From: Octopus vulgaris
Lineage: Eukaryota
Assembly (NCBI GenBank): GCA_951406725.2
Contig: OX597840.1
Span: 18,352,001-18,416,000, forward strand
DNA length: 64,000 nucleotides
Direction of reading: 5' to 3'
A model generated the notes under the pieces. That model searched no databases and was not told where the DNA came from. It saw only the letters and a program-made list of their open reading frames with translations. Shown here piece after piece: positions 40,590 through 55,414 of this stretch. A program made the translations under genes and the position numbers. The stretch's first letter is position 1; each line of letters starts with the position of its first letter.

Positions 40590-42091
40590 GTTGTCGTCAT
40601 CACCACTCCCATTATCTCCACCATTGACATCGCAATTATCACAGATGTCAACAATGTTACCATCACCACCGCCACCACCACCACCCTCCTACCACCACCC
40701 TTAAAACCAGTTCTGTTAACACTCTTCGTTACTTCGATTAAACACAACCGTAGTCATGATGATGATGATGATGAAGAAGATGGAGGTGCCGATAGTCCAT
40801 GATTGATGGTGGTATTAGGTTTCAAACGGTGACGGTGTTGATGATGGTGGTGGTGGTGGTGGTGGTGGTAGGAGTGGAGGTTGTGATGATAGAAGAAGAA
40901 GGAGTAGTTGTGATGGCGATGGTGGTAGCGGTGATGAAGGTGGTGGTGGTGGTGACAGCAATGGTGGTGGTGGATGGTGGTGGTGGTGGTGCTGCTGCTG
41001 CTGCCGGTGCTGGTGGTAGTGGTGGTAGTGGTAGTGGCGGCGGTGTTGGTGCTGGTGCTGGTGGTAGTGGTGATGGCAATGGTGGTGGTGGTGGTGTTAG
41101 TGGTGATGGTGGTGGTGGTGGTGGTGGTAGGAGTGGAGGTTGTGATGATAGAAGTAGGAGTAGTTGTGATGGCGATGGTGGTAGCGGTGATGAAGGTGGT
41201 GGTGGTGGTGATGGCGCTGCCGGTGCTGATGGTAGTGGTGATAGCATTGGTGGTGGTGGTGGTGGTTCTGATGGTAGTGATGGTGTTGATACCATTGACC
41301 AAGCCTAATTACCTTCTCCCCAACACTGGTATCCACTGGACGAGATGAATAAACAATGGCAGAGGAAAATAAACAGAGACAGGGAGACGAGGCCTGCCTC
41401 TCTGTGTGTATGTGTATAGATGTGTGTGTATGTATGTGCGAGTGTGTGTATGTGTGTGTATGTATGTATGTGTGTGTGTATGTATGTATGTATCTATGTG
41501 TGTATGTATGTATGTATGTATGTATGTGTGTGTATGTATGTATGTATGTATGTATGTATGTATGTGTATGTATGTATGTATGTATGTATGTATGTATGTA
41601 TGTATGTATGTATGTATGTGTGTATGTATGTATGTGTATGTATCTATGTGTGTGCTTGTATGTCTGTGTATATGTATGTTAAAGTGTGTGTACGTATGCA
41701 TGTATGTATGTGTATCTATGTATGTATGTGTATGTATGTGTATGTATGTGTATGTATGTATGTATGTGTATGCATGTATGTGCGAGTGTATGTGTGGGTA
41801 TGTGTGTATGTATCTATGTGTGTGTATGTATGTGCAAGTGTATGTATGTTTGTGCGTATGTGCGAGTGTATGTATGTCTGTTTGCATGTATGTATGTGTG
41901 TGTGTGTGCATATATGGCTGTATATATGTGTCTGTATCCATCTATGTATGAGTACGTGTAATGTGTGCATGTATGTGTATGTACTATGGGTGTATGTACG
42001 GATATATCTGTGAATGAATATATATATATACATGTACGTATGCATTATACTTGTATGTACGAACCTGTGTACGTATGTGTGTGCGCGTGCC

Positions 42092-42123
<32 letters not shown>

Positions 42124-42540
42124 GAAACAGAAATAACTTTGATAGGAGACAACAATAAATGATATAAATCGAAAATATAATATATATACACCCACACATT
42201 CTTTTGCACTTTATGCACGAATCTATTCCTATATCTGTCACTGTGTGAAAGTGCATACATACATACATACATACATACATACATACATACATACACATAC
42301 ATACATACATACATACATATAACACATACATATAACACATACATACATACAATATATATATATATATATAAACATAGATACATACATACATGCACATACA
42401 TACATATACATACATACACATACATACACATACATACATATAAATGTGTATATATGTGTATATATATAATGTATATAAATAAATATACTTATATATATGT
42501 ATATATATATTTATATACATATATATAAAAATATACATAT
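40230..42540. repeat. Low-complexity block: (CAT)n, (GGT)n with ~260-bp internal duplication, (GTAT)n, (CATA)n
   Basis: GGTAGGAGTGGAGGTTGTGATGATAGAAG occurs at about 40866 and 41126. Confidence 0.9.
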
Positions 42541-42582
42541 AAATATATATAGAGAAAGAGACAGACAGACACACACACAGAA

Positions 42583-42629
<47 letters not shown>

Positions 42630-43009
42630 CTCTCACAAACCCTTATGTACTTTTACATATACACCCACATTCATATATATATAAATATCCGCTTAATGCG
42701 TGTACGTGGTTATTGACTCAAACAAACGAATTTAGGCGTTTGATGCAGAAAGCTATATTGAGTTCTGATATCACCAATTGTTTACCATCTATAAAATGTG
42801 CATTATAACGTTGTGTATGCATATAGATATCACATGATCACGTGATATCACGTGAGCGACCAGGCCATCAGATGTTGATACTCATCGCTGGTCACAATGC
42901 GCTTCGCATTGTTTTAGCCTTCAATGACGCCACCTCGCTGGCTAAGCGAGCAGGTCAGCTTATAGATATATATATATATGTATATGTATGCATATGTGAT
43001 GTGTGTTTG

Positions 43010-43064
<55 letters not shown>

Positions 43065-43360
43065 TATACCACAGAGGAAAAAGACATTATGCTATCAACT
43101 CTATGTTTCTAAGAAAACCCTTTTTAGGAATTTTCTTCTCACAAAAGTGTCCCAAATGAAGACGGCTGAGATGGTGCGTGGACAGCTAAATAGAAAAGAG
43201 CGTAGTATAAAATTACCTGAGGTCCAAGGTTTTTTTTAATGTTATGACTAAGAAGTTTTGCGCCGGAATAACATCAGCTGTACAGGAAATTTATTCAGGA
43301 AAGCAGTGAAATATATTTATTAAAATCCGCCCTCTATGGCTTCATTACTTCACATATATC

Positions 43361-43575
43361 AAGGCAGCGAACCGGCATAATCGTTACCACGTTGATCAAA
43401 ATGCCGAGCGCTCTTTCTTCCAGATTTACGTTCTGAGTTCAAATTTCGCCGAGGTCGACTTTGCCTTTCGTCATTTCGAGATTGATAAAACAAGTACCAG
43501 TTGAACTCTAGGTTCAATGTAATCGTCTAACCTTTCCCTCTCATTTTCAGGCCTTGTGGTCGTAGAAAGAATTAT
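43361..43575 (+). mobile_element. SINE family E
   Basis: AAGGCAGCGA..TTCTGAGTTCAAATT..GAGGTCGACTTTGCCTTTC..AAGTACCAG. Confidence 0.78.
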
Positions 43576-43617
43576 TTTACAGTTCTTTAGTTTAATGCTT
43601 AAAATACATATTTTAAA

Positions 43618-44877
43618 TATTAGATTGTTTCACATCAATTGTCGTATTTGAAAGTTAACAATAAAATGTTTCAGAAGTGTTGGAGAACTGATTTATTTAA
43701 TCAAAGTATGATCCATGTTCATTTATGACGTTTACCCAACGTTTCTCTATCTCATATATTCCATCTTTAAAAAAAAAAAATTCATCTTTTGCTGTGATGT
43801 CCGAATCTTTTGCATCTTTTGTCCGAATGCTTCAATTACCTCTTCTCTATTTAAGAATGTCTTATTGCGTATGAAAAGCTCAAAATGCTTAAATAAGTGA
43901 TGATCAGTAGGAGAGATATCAGGGGAATAGGGAAGATGTTACAAAATCTCATAATTCAGGCTTTGCAACTTTGGGACCATAGCTTGAGGAGTGTGAGGAT
44001 GTGCATTGTCGTGGAGCAAAATTGCGCCATCTCTATTCACTAGTCTGGGTCGCTTCTTTTTCAAATTCTCATGCATACAATCAATTTCCTGGCAATGCGA
44101 TGTTCCTGTTACCGTTTTTCCTTGTTGCAAAAACGAATAATGAATAACTCCCTTCGCAGACCACCATACAGTGACCACTAACTTTTTAGGGTAAATGGCG
44201 GGTTCGGGTGGTATTTAGGTGACTCTCTTACATCTAATCACTGTGTTGTTCTCCTGCTATTGTAAAAAAAGTATCCATTTCTCGTCACAAGTAATGATTT
44301 GATGCAAAAATGGTCTTTTTCCAGTCGAGAAAGCAATAAGGAGCACACTTCGAGCCTTTGTTTTTTATAAATTTCGATGAGTTGATGTGGAACAAACCTA
44401 TCTGTTTTCTTGACTTTTCCAATTTTTTACAGGTGTCCAAAAACAGTTGAGTGAGATCTTTGGAGTTCTGATGAAGTTCTCCGATTCTGTTCAACTAAAG
44501 CATTTAACTCATCATGCCGAATAACTGATTTTGGCCTACCCCTTGGTCTATTTTCAAGACTATCATCTCTTGAACGAGAGCTTTGGAACCATCTCTGAAC
44601 AGTTCTGATGTCAACAAAACCATTACCAAAGGCCCGCTTGATATTCCGTAGAGCTTCTGCAGCATAGTGACCAAGTTTGTACTCATACGAGAAAATAACT
44701 CAACATAATTTGGTTGTTATCATTTTTATAAGGTCTGTGGGTACGAATTTTGTATACCAATATTGTTGAGAAAGAAAAAGAGTCAGGATTAAACGCAAGG
44801 TATACATAATTGAGTTTTTAAATGACTGAAATAACAAGTAATTAAAAATGTGATATTTCATGTGGAACAACCTAATA
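43618..44877 (-). mobile_element. Full-length (about 1.26 kb) decayed mariner transposon
   Basis: TIRs TATTAGATTGTTTCACAT / ATGTGGAACAACCTAATA with terminal TA; transposase remnants MVTVWWSAKGVIHY, LLHDNAHPH, PYSPDISPTD with stops and frameshifts. Confidence 0.92.
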
Positions 44878-45637
44878 TTTTAATACGTCTGTTTAACTAG
44901 ATGAATCGCTATCAAAAATAGAAAAACAGAAGAGAAAAAACATTGCTGGTTTTCATTTGATGAGAGACTGCGACAAGATACTCTTTCTGTATAAGAAAAG
45001 TTGTATACCAAAAACAGCACATTTGTTAAACTTTGTATGAAAAATATCCAATTTATATTTACAAATATTTAACCATAATACCATGTTTTTCCTTCGTCGG
45101 AGTGACGAGGAGCATCTTGTCCTCTTAATTCTGCGGGGGTTTTAAAGTGAAGAAAAGTTGCGCATCATCATCATCCTTTTTCCGTCTGCGACCATCTTCA
45201 ATCCAGTGGCAACACAAGGTGAAGAAGACCGCTAGCGTAGCTAGTGTGCCACCCGGGGTGGCCCTTCCGTTTGCTGCCCTCGGACCCCATAAAAAACACA
45301 TACTGCCTACAGCAGACCCAAAAGTGGTATTCCTTTAAATGTGCTGCCCGGGACGGACAGCCCCGCTCCAGCTACGTTAGTGGTCAAGACGACTGGGGAT
45401 AGAGACGGATGCAGTGGATGACCAAGATGTCTTACTCGCCTCATCGTGTTTTCTGCTCTCCGGAAGGCATGGCTGCGGCTGCCTTCCTCTCCGCTGAACC
45501 ACGAAGGTTTCTTCAAACAAGTCTACCGTATCCAGCCTTCACATGCATGGGTAGGCAAACCCTAATATGCTAAGTAACCCACAGCTGGGACCCTGACAGG
45601 TGTTAGCTACTATTCCGGGTCAGAGTAGACCTGGGAA

Positions 45638-45845
45638 TAATCCTTTCTACTATAGACACAAGGCCTGAAATCTTGAAAAGCGGGATAGTCGATTACATCG
45701 ACCCCAGTATTTCACTGGTACTTAATTTATCGACGCGAAATGATGAAAAGCAAAGTCGGAATTTGAACTCCGAACGAAGCGACGGGCAAAATACCGCTAA
45801 GCATTTTTCTCAGCATGCTAACGATTGCGCCAGCTCGCCGCCTTT
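45638..45845 (-). mobile_element. SINE family E
   Basis: Reverse complement begins AAGGCGGCGAGCTGGC. Confidence 0.78.
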
Positions 45846-47088
45846 AGGCCCGGGAATAATGTTGGATAAGAGGGGCTTCCACATTCCTCAAGACCCTGGA
45901 GCCCCCTAACTAGAGCCCCGCGACCAGATACAGTTTAAAGTTACTTCCAGGACAAAATTTTGTTTCAAAAACACGCACAACTACACAAACACACACGCAC
46001 ACACGCACATACACACACACACACGCACACACAAGCACGCACACACGCATGCACACACAGACACATATTCGCACACACACGCACACATAGTCACACACAC
46101 GTGCGCGTACACACATACATACACACGCGCACATACAGGCACGCACACACGCATGAACACACAGACACACATTCGCACACACACGCACACACACTCACAC
46201 ACACACGTGCGCGTACACACATGCATACACACGCGCACAAACACGCACACACACACACACGTATGCACGTATATGTATGCATGCATGTATGTATGTATGT
46301 ATGCGTGCGTGCGTGTATGTATGTATGTATGTGTGCGTGCGTGCGTGCGTGCGTGTATGTATGTATGTATGTATGTATGTATGTATGTATGTATGTATGT
46401 ATGTATGTATGTATGTGTGGGTGCGTGCGTGCGTGCGTGCATGTATGTATGTGTGCATGTATGTATGTATGTATGTATGTATGTATGTATGTATGTATGT
46501 ATGTGTATGTATGTATGTATGTTTATATGTATGCATGTACTACGGCGAGGTCGACTATGCTTTTCGTCCTTTCGGGGTCAATAATGTAAGTACCAGTTGA
46601 GCACTTGGGCCGATTCCCCCCCCCACTCGCCCAAACTTGTGCCAATACAAGTATTTAAGAGTGCTGCAGTTTGATTTCTCCATAGTACCATTTATTCCTA
46701 TTCCTCTGTCCTTGACACCTTTCTTTTTTATCTCTGATTATTGCAAACTCTTTCACACACTTTGCAATGGCGTACTTGATATGGAAGTTCTCAAATATAA
46801 GTGGGTCAGATTTAAACAAAAGGGCCTTTAATAAATATAAAACGTACCACTACTCAATCGCTTTCTGAGATGATCAAGTGTATGTTAAATGCTAAAACCA
46901 GCAGCTTTAAAACAGTGGTTGGTGGTGGTTGGAGATTAATTCCAAGAATTTAAACAAAGTTAGGTACAAGCAGGCCGTGGCCGTGGGATTCTTGCGACTA
47001 CATGGTTTCGGATGTCAGTACTATAACGCAGTATCTTGAGCAGGTGTCTTGGTAGACGGATACTGCAGGGAAGCCCGTCATATAAATG

Positions 47089-48190
47089 TATTGGGTCATC
47101 CCATAAATAATGCGGTTTTTTCAAATGCATGAACTAAAAGTCGGAGCAGCGGGGTGGGATAAACTACCTGCATCGACTTGCTATAAAAGCAGGTTGTAAT
47201 TTTACCTTGTCCTTATTCTTAATGCAAGTTTTGAAGAGTGCAGTTCGATTGTAACATTTATAGATGCTTTCGATCAAGTTTGGATTCTTTGCCATCAAAT
47301 TTGAATTCTTTGCAATCAAATTTGAATTCTTTGCAATGAAATTCGAATTTTTCAATTGGTGCTCAAGCCTTGAAAAAAAACACACACTTATAGCTGCCTC
47401 TGATAGGCAGTATCAGTCGTAAGGTAATCCAAATTAGATCGAAAACATCTACATTTTTTCAAAGTTATAATGGAAGTGACAAAGAAGACTATTCGACATA
47501 TTTTGCTTTATGAGTTCAATAAAGGCAACAACAAAACGGAAAGTGTGAGGAATATTAATGCAGTAACAGGGATTGGACAATAAGCGTAAGCCAGTATCAG
47601 TCGTGGTTCCGAGCCAGAAACTACAGACTCGGAGATGAGCCTCGTGCTGGAAGATCTGTAGGGCTCGGCGAGGACGTCCTGCATATACTGATGGCAACAA
47701 AATCCCATTGTAATTGTTGAGGAACTAGAAGGGAAGCTTAGATTTTGTCATTCAACCATTCATCGACACCTGCATGCTATCGGAAAACAACCATCGTTGG
47801 TTCAAGACGAAAGGTGTTCTTCCATCAGGTTAATGCTTGGCTACATCCAGCGAGGACGACTTTCCAAAGGCTGAAGCGGTTTGAATGGGAAACGATGTCC
47901 CACCCATCATATTCGCCGGACATTGCCCCATCTCATTATCATTTATCATTCATTTGGATGGAAAAAATATGAATTCTGTATATGAGGTCAGAACAGTACT
48001 GGAGGAGTATTTTTCATCAAGGACAAGTGAATTTTGGAAAAGGGGCCTTGCAAGTCTACCAGATAGAGGGAAGAACATTGTAGAAAATGAAGGGGAGTAT
48101 ATTTTAAATTAAAAAAGAACTTCGTTTATCTTTAATTTTGAAAAATTAAAGAAGTATAAAAATCTGCACTATCCATGAGATGACCCAATA
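47089..48190 (+). mobile_element. Internally deleted mariner transposon, nested in the TA tract of a decayed SINE A
   Basis: TIRs TATTGGGTCATC / GATGACCCAATA; MEVTKKTIRHILLYEFNKG at 47470; HPSYSPDIAPS; VENEGEYILN end; 21-bp tandem repeats at about 47280-47350. Confidence 0.9.
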
Positions 48191-48498
48191 TATATGAGTG
48201 TGTGTGTGTGCATGTGTGCGCGTGTGTGTATGTGTGTGTGTAAATTGTAAAGGAATACCCCAAAACGATTACCAGTTTGCTCTCAGTTAGGCATTCAAAA
48301 TATGTTATTCAACAGTTAAAATACAAATCCAATAAAGTTCTTATAAGACAAGAAATTGGAGGAATATTCCGTTGGATAATTCTGAATACATTTCCTTAAC
48401 CATTTTGGTTTCCTGGAGTATAAACGTTAACAATATTAACAATAAGGTTCACTACGAAGTTCCATAGCATTACTTTTAATTCATGAATTCATACACCT

Positions 48499-48665
48499 AT
48501 AGGCACAAGAGTGGCTGTGTGGTAAGAAGCTTGCTTACCAGCCACATGGTTCCGGGTTCAGTCTCGCTGCATGGCACCTTGGGCAAGTGTCTTCTACTAT
48601 AGCCTTGGGCCGACCAAAGCCTTGTGAGTGGATTTGGTTGAGACGGAAATTGAAGGAAGCCCGTC

Positions 48666-48712
<47 letters not shown>

Positions 48713-48912
48713 TGTGTGTCTGTGTTTGTCCTCCCAACATCGCTTGACAACCGATGCTGGTGTGTTTACGTCCCCCGTAACCTAGCGGTTCGGCAAAAGA
48801 GACAACTAGAATAAGTACTAGGCTTACAAAGAATAGGTCCTGTGGTCGATTTTCTCGACTAAAGGCGGCGGTCCAGCATGGCCACAGTCAAGTGACTGAA
48901 ACAAGTAAAAGA
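48499..48912 (+). mobile_element. SINE family A, full length
   Basis: Complete head, body and tail. Confidence 0.9.
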
Positions 48913-49007
48913 TATATATATGAATATATATGGCCTCATGGAGCTAATAAGCGGACAGCTTTATTCTTATTTTTATAAGAATGCCATATTAGTATGGCGA
49001 TAACTAT

Positions 49008-49074
<67 letters not shown>

Positions 49075-49408
49075 AATACATATATAATGAGGGTTCATCA
49101 ACTGACGTAATGTGGTAAGTGTGTAGGATGATTTCTCCTCTTGGTTTTTACCACTAAAACTCCGGCTTCAAAGTGTGATACTGACACTGCCTATCAGAGG
49201 CGGCTATAAGTGTTGTTTTTTTAACCTTGTGAAGTCATTTTTACATCTATCTGACTTCCTCCTCTCTGATGAAAGTTTAGACAAGATCCTCTCTGATGAC
49301 GGTTTATATGGGATCATTGCTCAATGTCATCATCTATGTACTTGACTATTCTAGTAATGTCTTTAAGAGTGGGTGAATTTGGTAGACGGAAACTGAAAGA
49401 CTACCGTA

Positions 49409-49465
<57 letters not shown>

Positions 49466-49652
49466 CACATACTTTATAATTAGGGTTCAGCAAAGATTTG
49501 CTTTACCACATACCGAAGTTTAGAAATAGCAGCCAAAAAACCTTAGCTATTTCTTCTACTTTAAAACGGGACTCCCAGAAAAACCAAAATACTTGAAAAT
49601 AATCCACACAGGCAGAGAGGAAAAATAACGAAAATCAATCAATATCTGGTCA

Positions 49653-49735
49653 CCCATGGACGCGCGTTTCGGAATTAGATCGGTATAAAGAATATAGAAT
49701 TATACTTAACCAACCATTTTCTTCATCAGCATGGG
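49653..49735 (-). ncRNA. Type-I hammerhead ribozyme, diverged relative of H2
   Basis: Minus strand CCCATG-CTGATGA-imperfect long stem II-GAAA-CGCGCG-TC^CATGGG; flank 49478-49580 resembles 6625-6720. Confidence 0.8.
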
Positions 49736-49978
49736 ACTCCAACAATATTAAATATTGAAATATTAAATTCAAATGTACTGGAATAATTGAACATATCTCT
49801 CCACCTAACGGTATCAGACAGATCATATTCAGTGTTAGTACCGCCGAATTCAAAATATGAATGAGGTTCATCACCTTCTCCTGCCCATCCGCGCGTGTCG
49901 TCAAGTAAAATACTACAGAATAAATTATTAATCATATATATATATATATAAATTAAAACAGATTAGGAGATCGAAAAT

Positions 49979-50021
49979 CCACCTGACGAATGTCGTTGAA
50001 GACATGAAACGATTGTAGTGG
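49979..50021 (+). ncRNA. Compact type-I hammerhead ribozyme (family H5)
   Basis: CCAC-CTGACGA-ATGTC(GTTGAA)GACAT-GAAA-CGATTG-TA^GTGG: all three stems and the full core, GUA triplet. Confidence 0.85.
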
Positions 50022-50194
50022 CGGTTTATTTCTTTATATTGAAAATTTTTATGTATTGATTAAGTCTTTCCTTGTTTGTTTTGCAAAATAGTGGTTTTGT
50101 CTCGAATTAATATTATATAATATTTTACTATAAAATTGGATTTAATCCTAAATCTGATTTTTTCCCTGTAAATTTGGATTTATTCCCTAATATT

Positions 50195-50309
<115 letters not shown>

Positions 50310-51285
50310 TAATAATATCAGGGTAATAAAGATTTTAGAAATGTTTACTACCAGTGGCCTAGCGTTTAGAAAAATTAGTCAATAGACTATATATTATTCA
50401 TATAAAATACAGTGTACATTAAAACACATAAGAGGTTTCCATCATAGGACTCCCTTACGCTAGAAGGAACAACTAAAGTCCAAACCACTAATATATACAC
50501 ACACACACATACATACATATATATATATATATACATACATGCATATATATGTGTGTGTGTGTTTGTGCATGTATGTAATAACATAAATAATATATTAACA
50601 TATGCATATATACATACATATAAGTACAAACCTACATATATATGTATATATACATGCATATAAAGGTACAGGACACCAAAAAAAAACGTTGAATACAATG
50701 AGAAACGAAAACATAAAAACATAAACATGGAAACGAACTTTTTTCAAACAACGAAAAAACAGAATACAAGACATACAACACAAGGAATATTCCTCTTCTT
50801 CAGTTGTCCCTGTTTCGTCTACTCCGCGTTACGAAGGTAAGGACATGACGCGACTTCGTTGAAACAGTCCTTCCCGCAAAGCAAATTAAATAAAATTTAG
50901 GTTTTTTTTGCGGAGGGGTAAAAATGGTAGCAAGAACAGGACAGTAAAACCAATACAAATAAAAACAGTAAAAGACCGGACAAGGAGAATAACACAGTAA
51001 AAACAAACGATGAGGGATGTTGTATGTATGTATGTATGTATGTATGTATGTATGTATGTATGTATGTATGTATAAAGTCAAATCAAATGAACGAACTTTA
51101 AAAATAACAATCACAAATCATAAGAGGAGTAGAAGAGGTGCACGTGGTATTTATTAATTTGATGTTCAATAAAAAGAGGGAATTTTTGACGTTTCGATAA
51201 GAGCTCTTCGTCGGAAAGGAAAAACGCAAAATTCCAAAGAAAGAAAACAAAATCACCAACAGTACGTGTGTAGTTACATTACTCT

Positions 51286-51332
<47 letters not shown>

Positions 51333-52697
51333 TCATGAACGTTTGACAATCTGTGTTCGTGTGTTTACGCCCCCGTAACTTAGCTGTTTAACAACAGAGA
51401 CCAATAATCTTTTAAAAACTGTAATGTATAGGTGCAGCTGTTGCTGTGTGGTAAGAAGATTGCTTACCAACAATGTGGTTACGGTGTCTTCTACTATAAC
51501 TTCGGACCGAGGTTATAGTATATATATTTTTTATCTTTTACTTGTCTCAATTATTAGACTGCGGTCATACTGGAGCACTGCCTGAAGACGTTTTCTTTTT
51601 AGAAGCCTGGTATTTATTCTATTGGTCTGTTTTACTGAACCACTAAGTCTGTGTGTGTGTGTGTGTGTGTGTGTGGTTTTGCGTTTGTCACCTACCACCA
51701 CGTGACAACCGGTGCTGGTTTGTTTACATCCCCATAACTTAGCAGTTCGGCAAATGAGACTGACAAAATAAGTACAAGGCTAAAAAAAGAAAGCTCCAAA
51801 AGGACTCGGGTCGATTCGCTCGGCTAAAAATTCTTTGTGTGTGCGTGTGGGGGTGGGGTGCGCGTGCGTTCGTGTGTGTGTGTGTGTGCGTTCGTGTGTG
51901 TGTGTGTGTGTGTGTGCGTTCGTGTGTGTGTGTGTGTGTGTGTGTGTGCGTTCGTGTGTGTGTGTGTGTGTGTGTATGTGACCTACTGCCACTTGACAAC
52001 CGGTGTCAGTGTAGCCCCCGTAACTTAGCAGTTCGGCAAGAAGAGAATGATAGAATAAGTACTGGGCTTAGCAAAAATTAAGCACCGGCGTCGATTCTTT
52101 CGACTAAAACTTCTTTAAGGCACTGCTCCAGCATGGCAGCAGCTTAATGACTGAAACAAGTATAAGATGCAGGATATATATGTATCACTCACTGGTGACT
52201 CACACACTACAAAATGACTTTAATATTTGATGTGTTGTAGAACGGCGACAGCTATAGACATAGTTTTTACTGTGAGCCAGAAACAGATATGGTTAAAAAA
52301 CGATGCATAATTTATAAGAAAATTAAACCACAAGTACGAAAGAAAATGTGGTCCAAAACGAATTTGGTGAGCAAAATGTTAAATGATTTCTCTGTCTGGG
52401 AGACATTCCAGTTTTGGTTGTTGAAATCTATATTCTTCGTTGTCGGTTGTCTTCCATAATAATTTTTTTTCTTCCAGCAGCGACTGGTGTTTAGTTTCAA
52501 AATGTCCTGTCTACATTCCAAATCGTTGTCGCAACTAATTCGTTTTTCACACTAACACAAAATACAGGGTGGACCAAAAGTCATGCACAAAATAAGTTCA
52601 ATGCGCTCCGGAATTGTAAAAGACACGCTTCAATTTTTCAAAAATTGAATAAAATCAAATCATGATGAATACACCCGCACTTGTACATGATAACAAA

Positions 52698-52699
<2 letters not shown>

Positions 52700-52794
<95 letters not shown>

Positions 52795-52853
52795 TTAATA
52801 ATGACAATAATAATAATAATAATAATAATAATAATTAATAATAATAAATAGTA

Positions 52854-52910
<57 letters not shown>
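52700..52910. repeat. (AAT)n tract
   Basis: Directly visible. Confidence 0.97.
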
Positions 52911-52912
<2 letters not shown>

Positions 52913-53223
52913 CTTTACTCTTTTACTTGTTTCAGTCATTTGACTGCGGCCATGCTAGAGCACTGTCTTTAGTTAAGCAAATCGACCCCAGGACTTATTC
53001 TATCGGTCTCTTTTGCTGAACCGCTAAGTTACTGGGACCTAAACGCACCAGCATCGGTTGTCAAGCGATGTTGGGGGGACAAACACAGACACACAAACGA
53101 TATATATATATACATATACACGACGGGCTTCTTTCAGTTTCCGTCTACCAAATCCACTAACAAGGCTTTGGTCGCCCCGAGGTTATAGTAGAAGACACCA
53201 CTTGCCCGCCACTCCTACGCCTA
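52911..53223 (-). mobile_element. SINE family A with deletions
   Basis: Reverse complement of family A. Confidence 0.85.
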
Positions 53224-53231
53224 TATATATT

Positions 53232-53311
<80 letters not shown>

Positions 53312-53323
53312 TAGATAGATATG

Positions 53324-53384
<61 letters not shown>

Positions 53385-53500
53385 ATATATATATAAAGTT
53401 AATCCAAACATGAAAACACAAAGAGAAAACACAACAACGCGAGGACGTGGAACAAGTATAGAGTTATTGGACGCTCAGGAAAGGAAAGAAAGAAGGAGGA

Positions 53501-53534
53501 TTTAACGTTTCGAGCGGAGCTCTTCGTCAGAAAC
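53501..53534 (-). ncRNA. Minimal hammerhead-like motif (family H6) within repeat 53395-53610
   Basis: Minus strand GTTT-CTGACGA-A-GAGC(TCC)GCTC-GAAA-CG-TT^AAA; stem III reduced to the palindrome AACGTT; one extra A before stem II. Confidence 0.6.
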
Positions 53535-53666
53535 ATAGGGAAAGAAAAGATCCAAGGAAGGGAAGACGGAGGCAAAATATCGCCAACGATACACACGCGG
53601 TCACATATTGAATGTGTGTGCATGCGTGTGTGTGTACATACATATATGTATGTATGTACACACACC

Positions 53667-54152
<486 letters not shown>

Positions 54153-54647
54153 CACACACACACACACACGTATATATGTGTGAGTGCGTGCGCGCGCTTA
54201 TAAATAAATCTCTGTGTGTGTGTGTGTGTGCGTAGCAAAGAAAAAATAACAGACCTGTCATCCACACAACGCCCTATTTGGACCAGTCCCTGGGTGTTAA
54301 ATACTCATAACGGTGGATTTTCCCCGTGTGCACAGCATAAATATCTCACTGGAATTACTTCAGTACCCGGTATATTGATCCGACTAAAGGTGGTGCTACA
54401 GGTTAAATCAACCCAACCTGGCGCATACCATCTAAGTACCCGATTCTCCCCAGAATCCTTTATCATGTTTTATATACATATATATATAAAATATTAGAAA
54501 AAAAATCACATTTTATCAATTCAAAATGAATAATTAAATTACACCATCTAGAAAATTACATATAATAGAAAACTTAAAATTAAAATAATTTACTTAATCT
54601 TTACTTTTTAATTGTTATTTTAATTTTAATATTTCTATTATATGTAA

Positions 54648-55041
54648 CTAGCAGTAACGCCCGGCGTTGTTCGGGTTTGTAAGGGAAATAACTATATAAG
54701 CATTTTTAGAGATGTAAAGTATAATAGCCATCTCAATATGGCTAACCACAAAGGGGGGTGTTACTGTAGCTTTTTACGTCTGAGATTTAATAATAAATTT
54801 TTAGAGAGTTACTTCCCTTGTATATGCCAAAAATGCATTAAAAATGGGCAAAATTGATGGTAAATTTTTTTTTAAATCGTAGACTCATCGTAGACGCGCG
54901 CTAATACCCAGAAGGGCTCGATATGAATCACGACTATAAGATACCCGGTTTTGGTTAAACTGCACCGCAAAATGTGGGAGTAGTTAGGAATCTAAATCGT
55001 AGGAGACAGACAGCACACAACCTCACTTTTATATATAAAGA
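54648..55041 (-). mobile_element. Non-autonomous Helitron (394 bp)
   Basis: Minus strand starts TCTTTATATATAAAA, ends with hairpin CCCGAACAACGCCGGG then CTAG; inserted between A and T, no TSD; empty site reconstructable from the opposite arm of the host inverted repeat. Confidence 0.88.
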
Positions 55042-55377
55042 TTTTTCTAGATGGTGTAATTTAATTATTCATTTTGAATCGATAAAAAGTGTTTTTTTTT
55101 TCTCTAATATTTCATATATATATTATATTGTGTGGAATTTGATTTAGTATTTCTAAATTGAATTCTTTTTCCTTGTAAGTTTGGATTTTATTCCCTCAAA
55201 TAATAATTATGTATATATATGCATGAATGTATGAGGTATGTGTAAATGTATGTATGCATATATGTATGTATATATCATGTGTGTACATATCTAGGCAGGC
55301 AGGTAAATTGGTGGGTATGTGTATGTACGTACGCATTGTTTTAAGCATACAAATAATGTATGGCAACTTGGGGTGTA

Positions 55378-55414
<37 letters not shown>

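Noticed and set aside
40214-42574. 150-210 aa ORFs (poly-I/M/T, YVCM repeats)
   Set aside because: Microsatellite translations.
45150-45595. Possible LINE 5' UTR with an HDV-like ribozyme
   Set aside because: Could not build the nested pseudoknot by eye, and no downstream ORF confirms the element.
47280-47350. CRISPR-like short repeat array
   Set aside because: Contiguous 21-bp tandem units without spacers inside a mariner; eukaryotic context and no cas genes.
49261-49300. Two CCTCTCTGATGA motifs (also CTGATGA near 26561 and 44469)
   Set aside because: No stem II-GAAA-stem III-NUH arrangement; chance cores or a small duplication.
50650-51020. Hammerhead-like pieces in the repeat shared with 28900-29105 (minus-strand CTGAAGA plus hairpin)
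   Set aside because: No GAAA in the required position; a complete core cannot be assembled.
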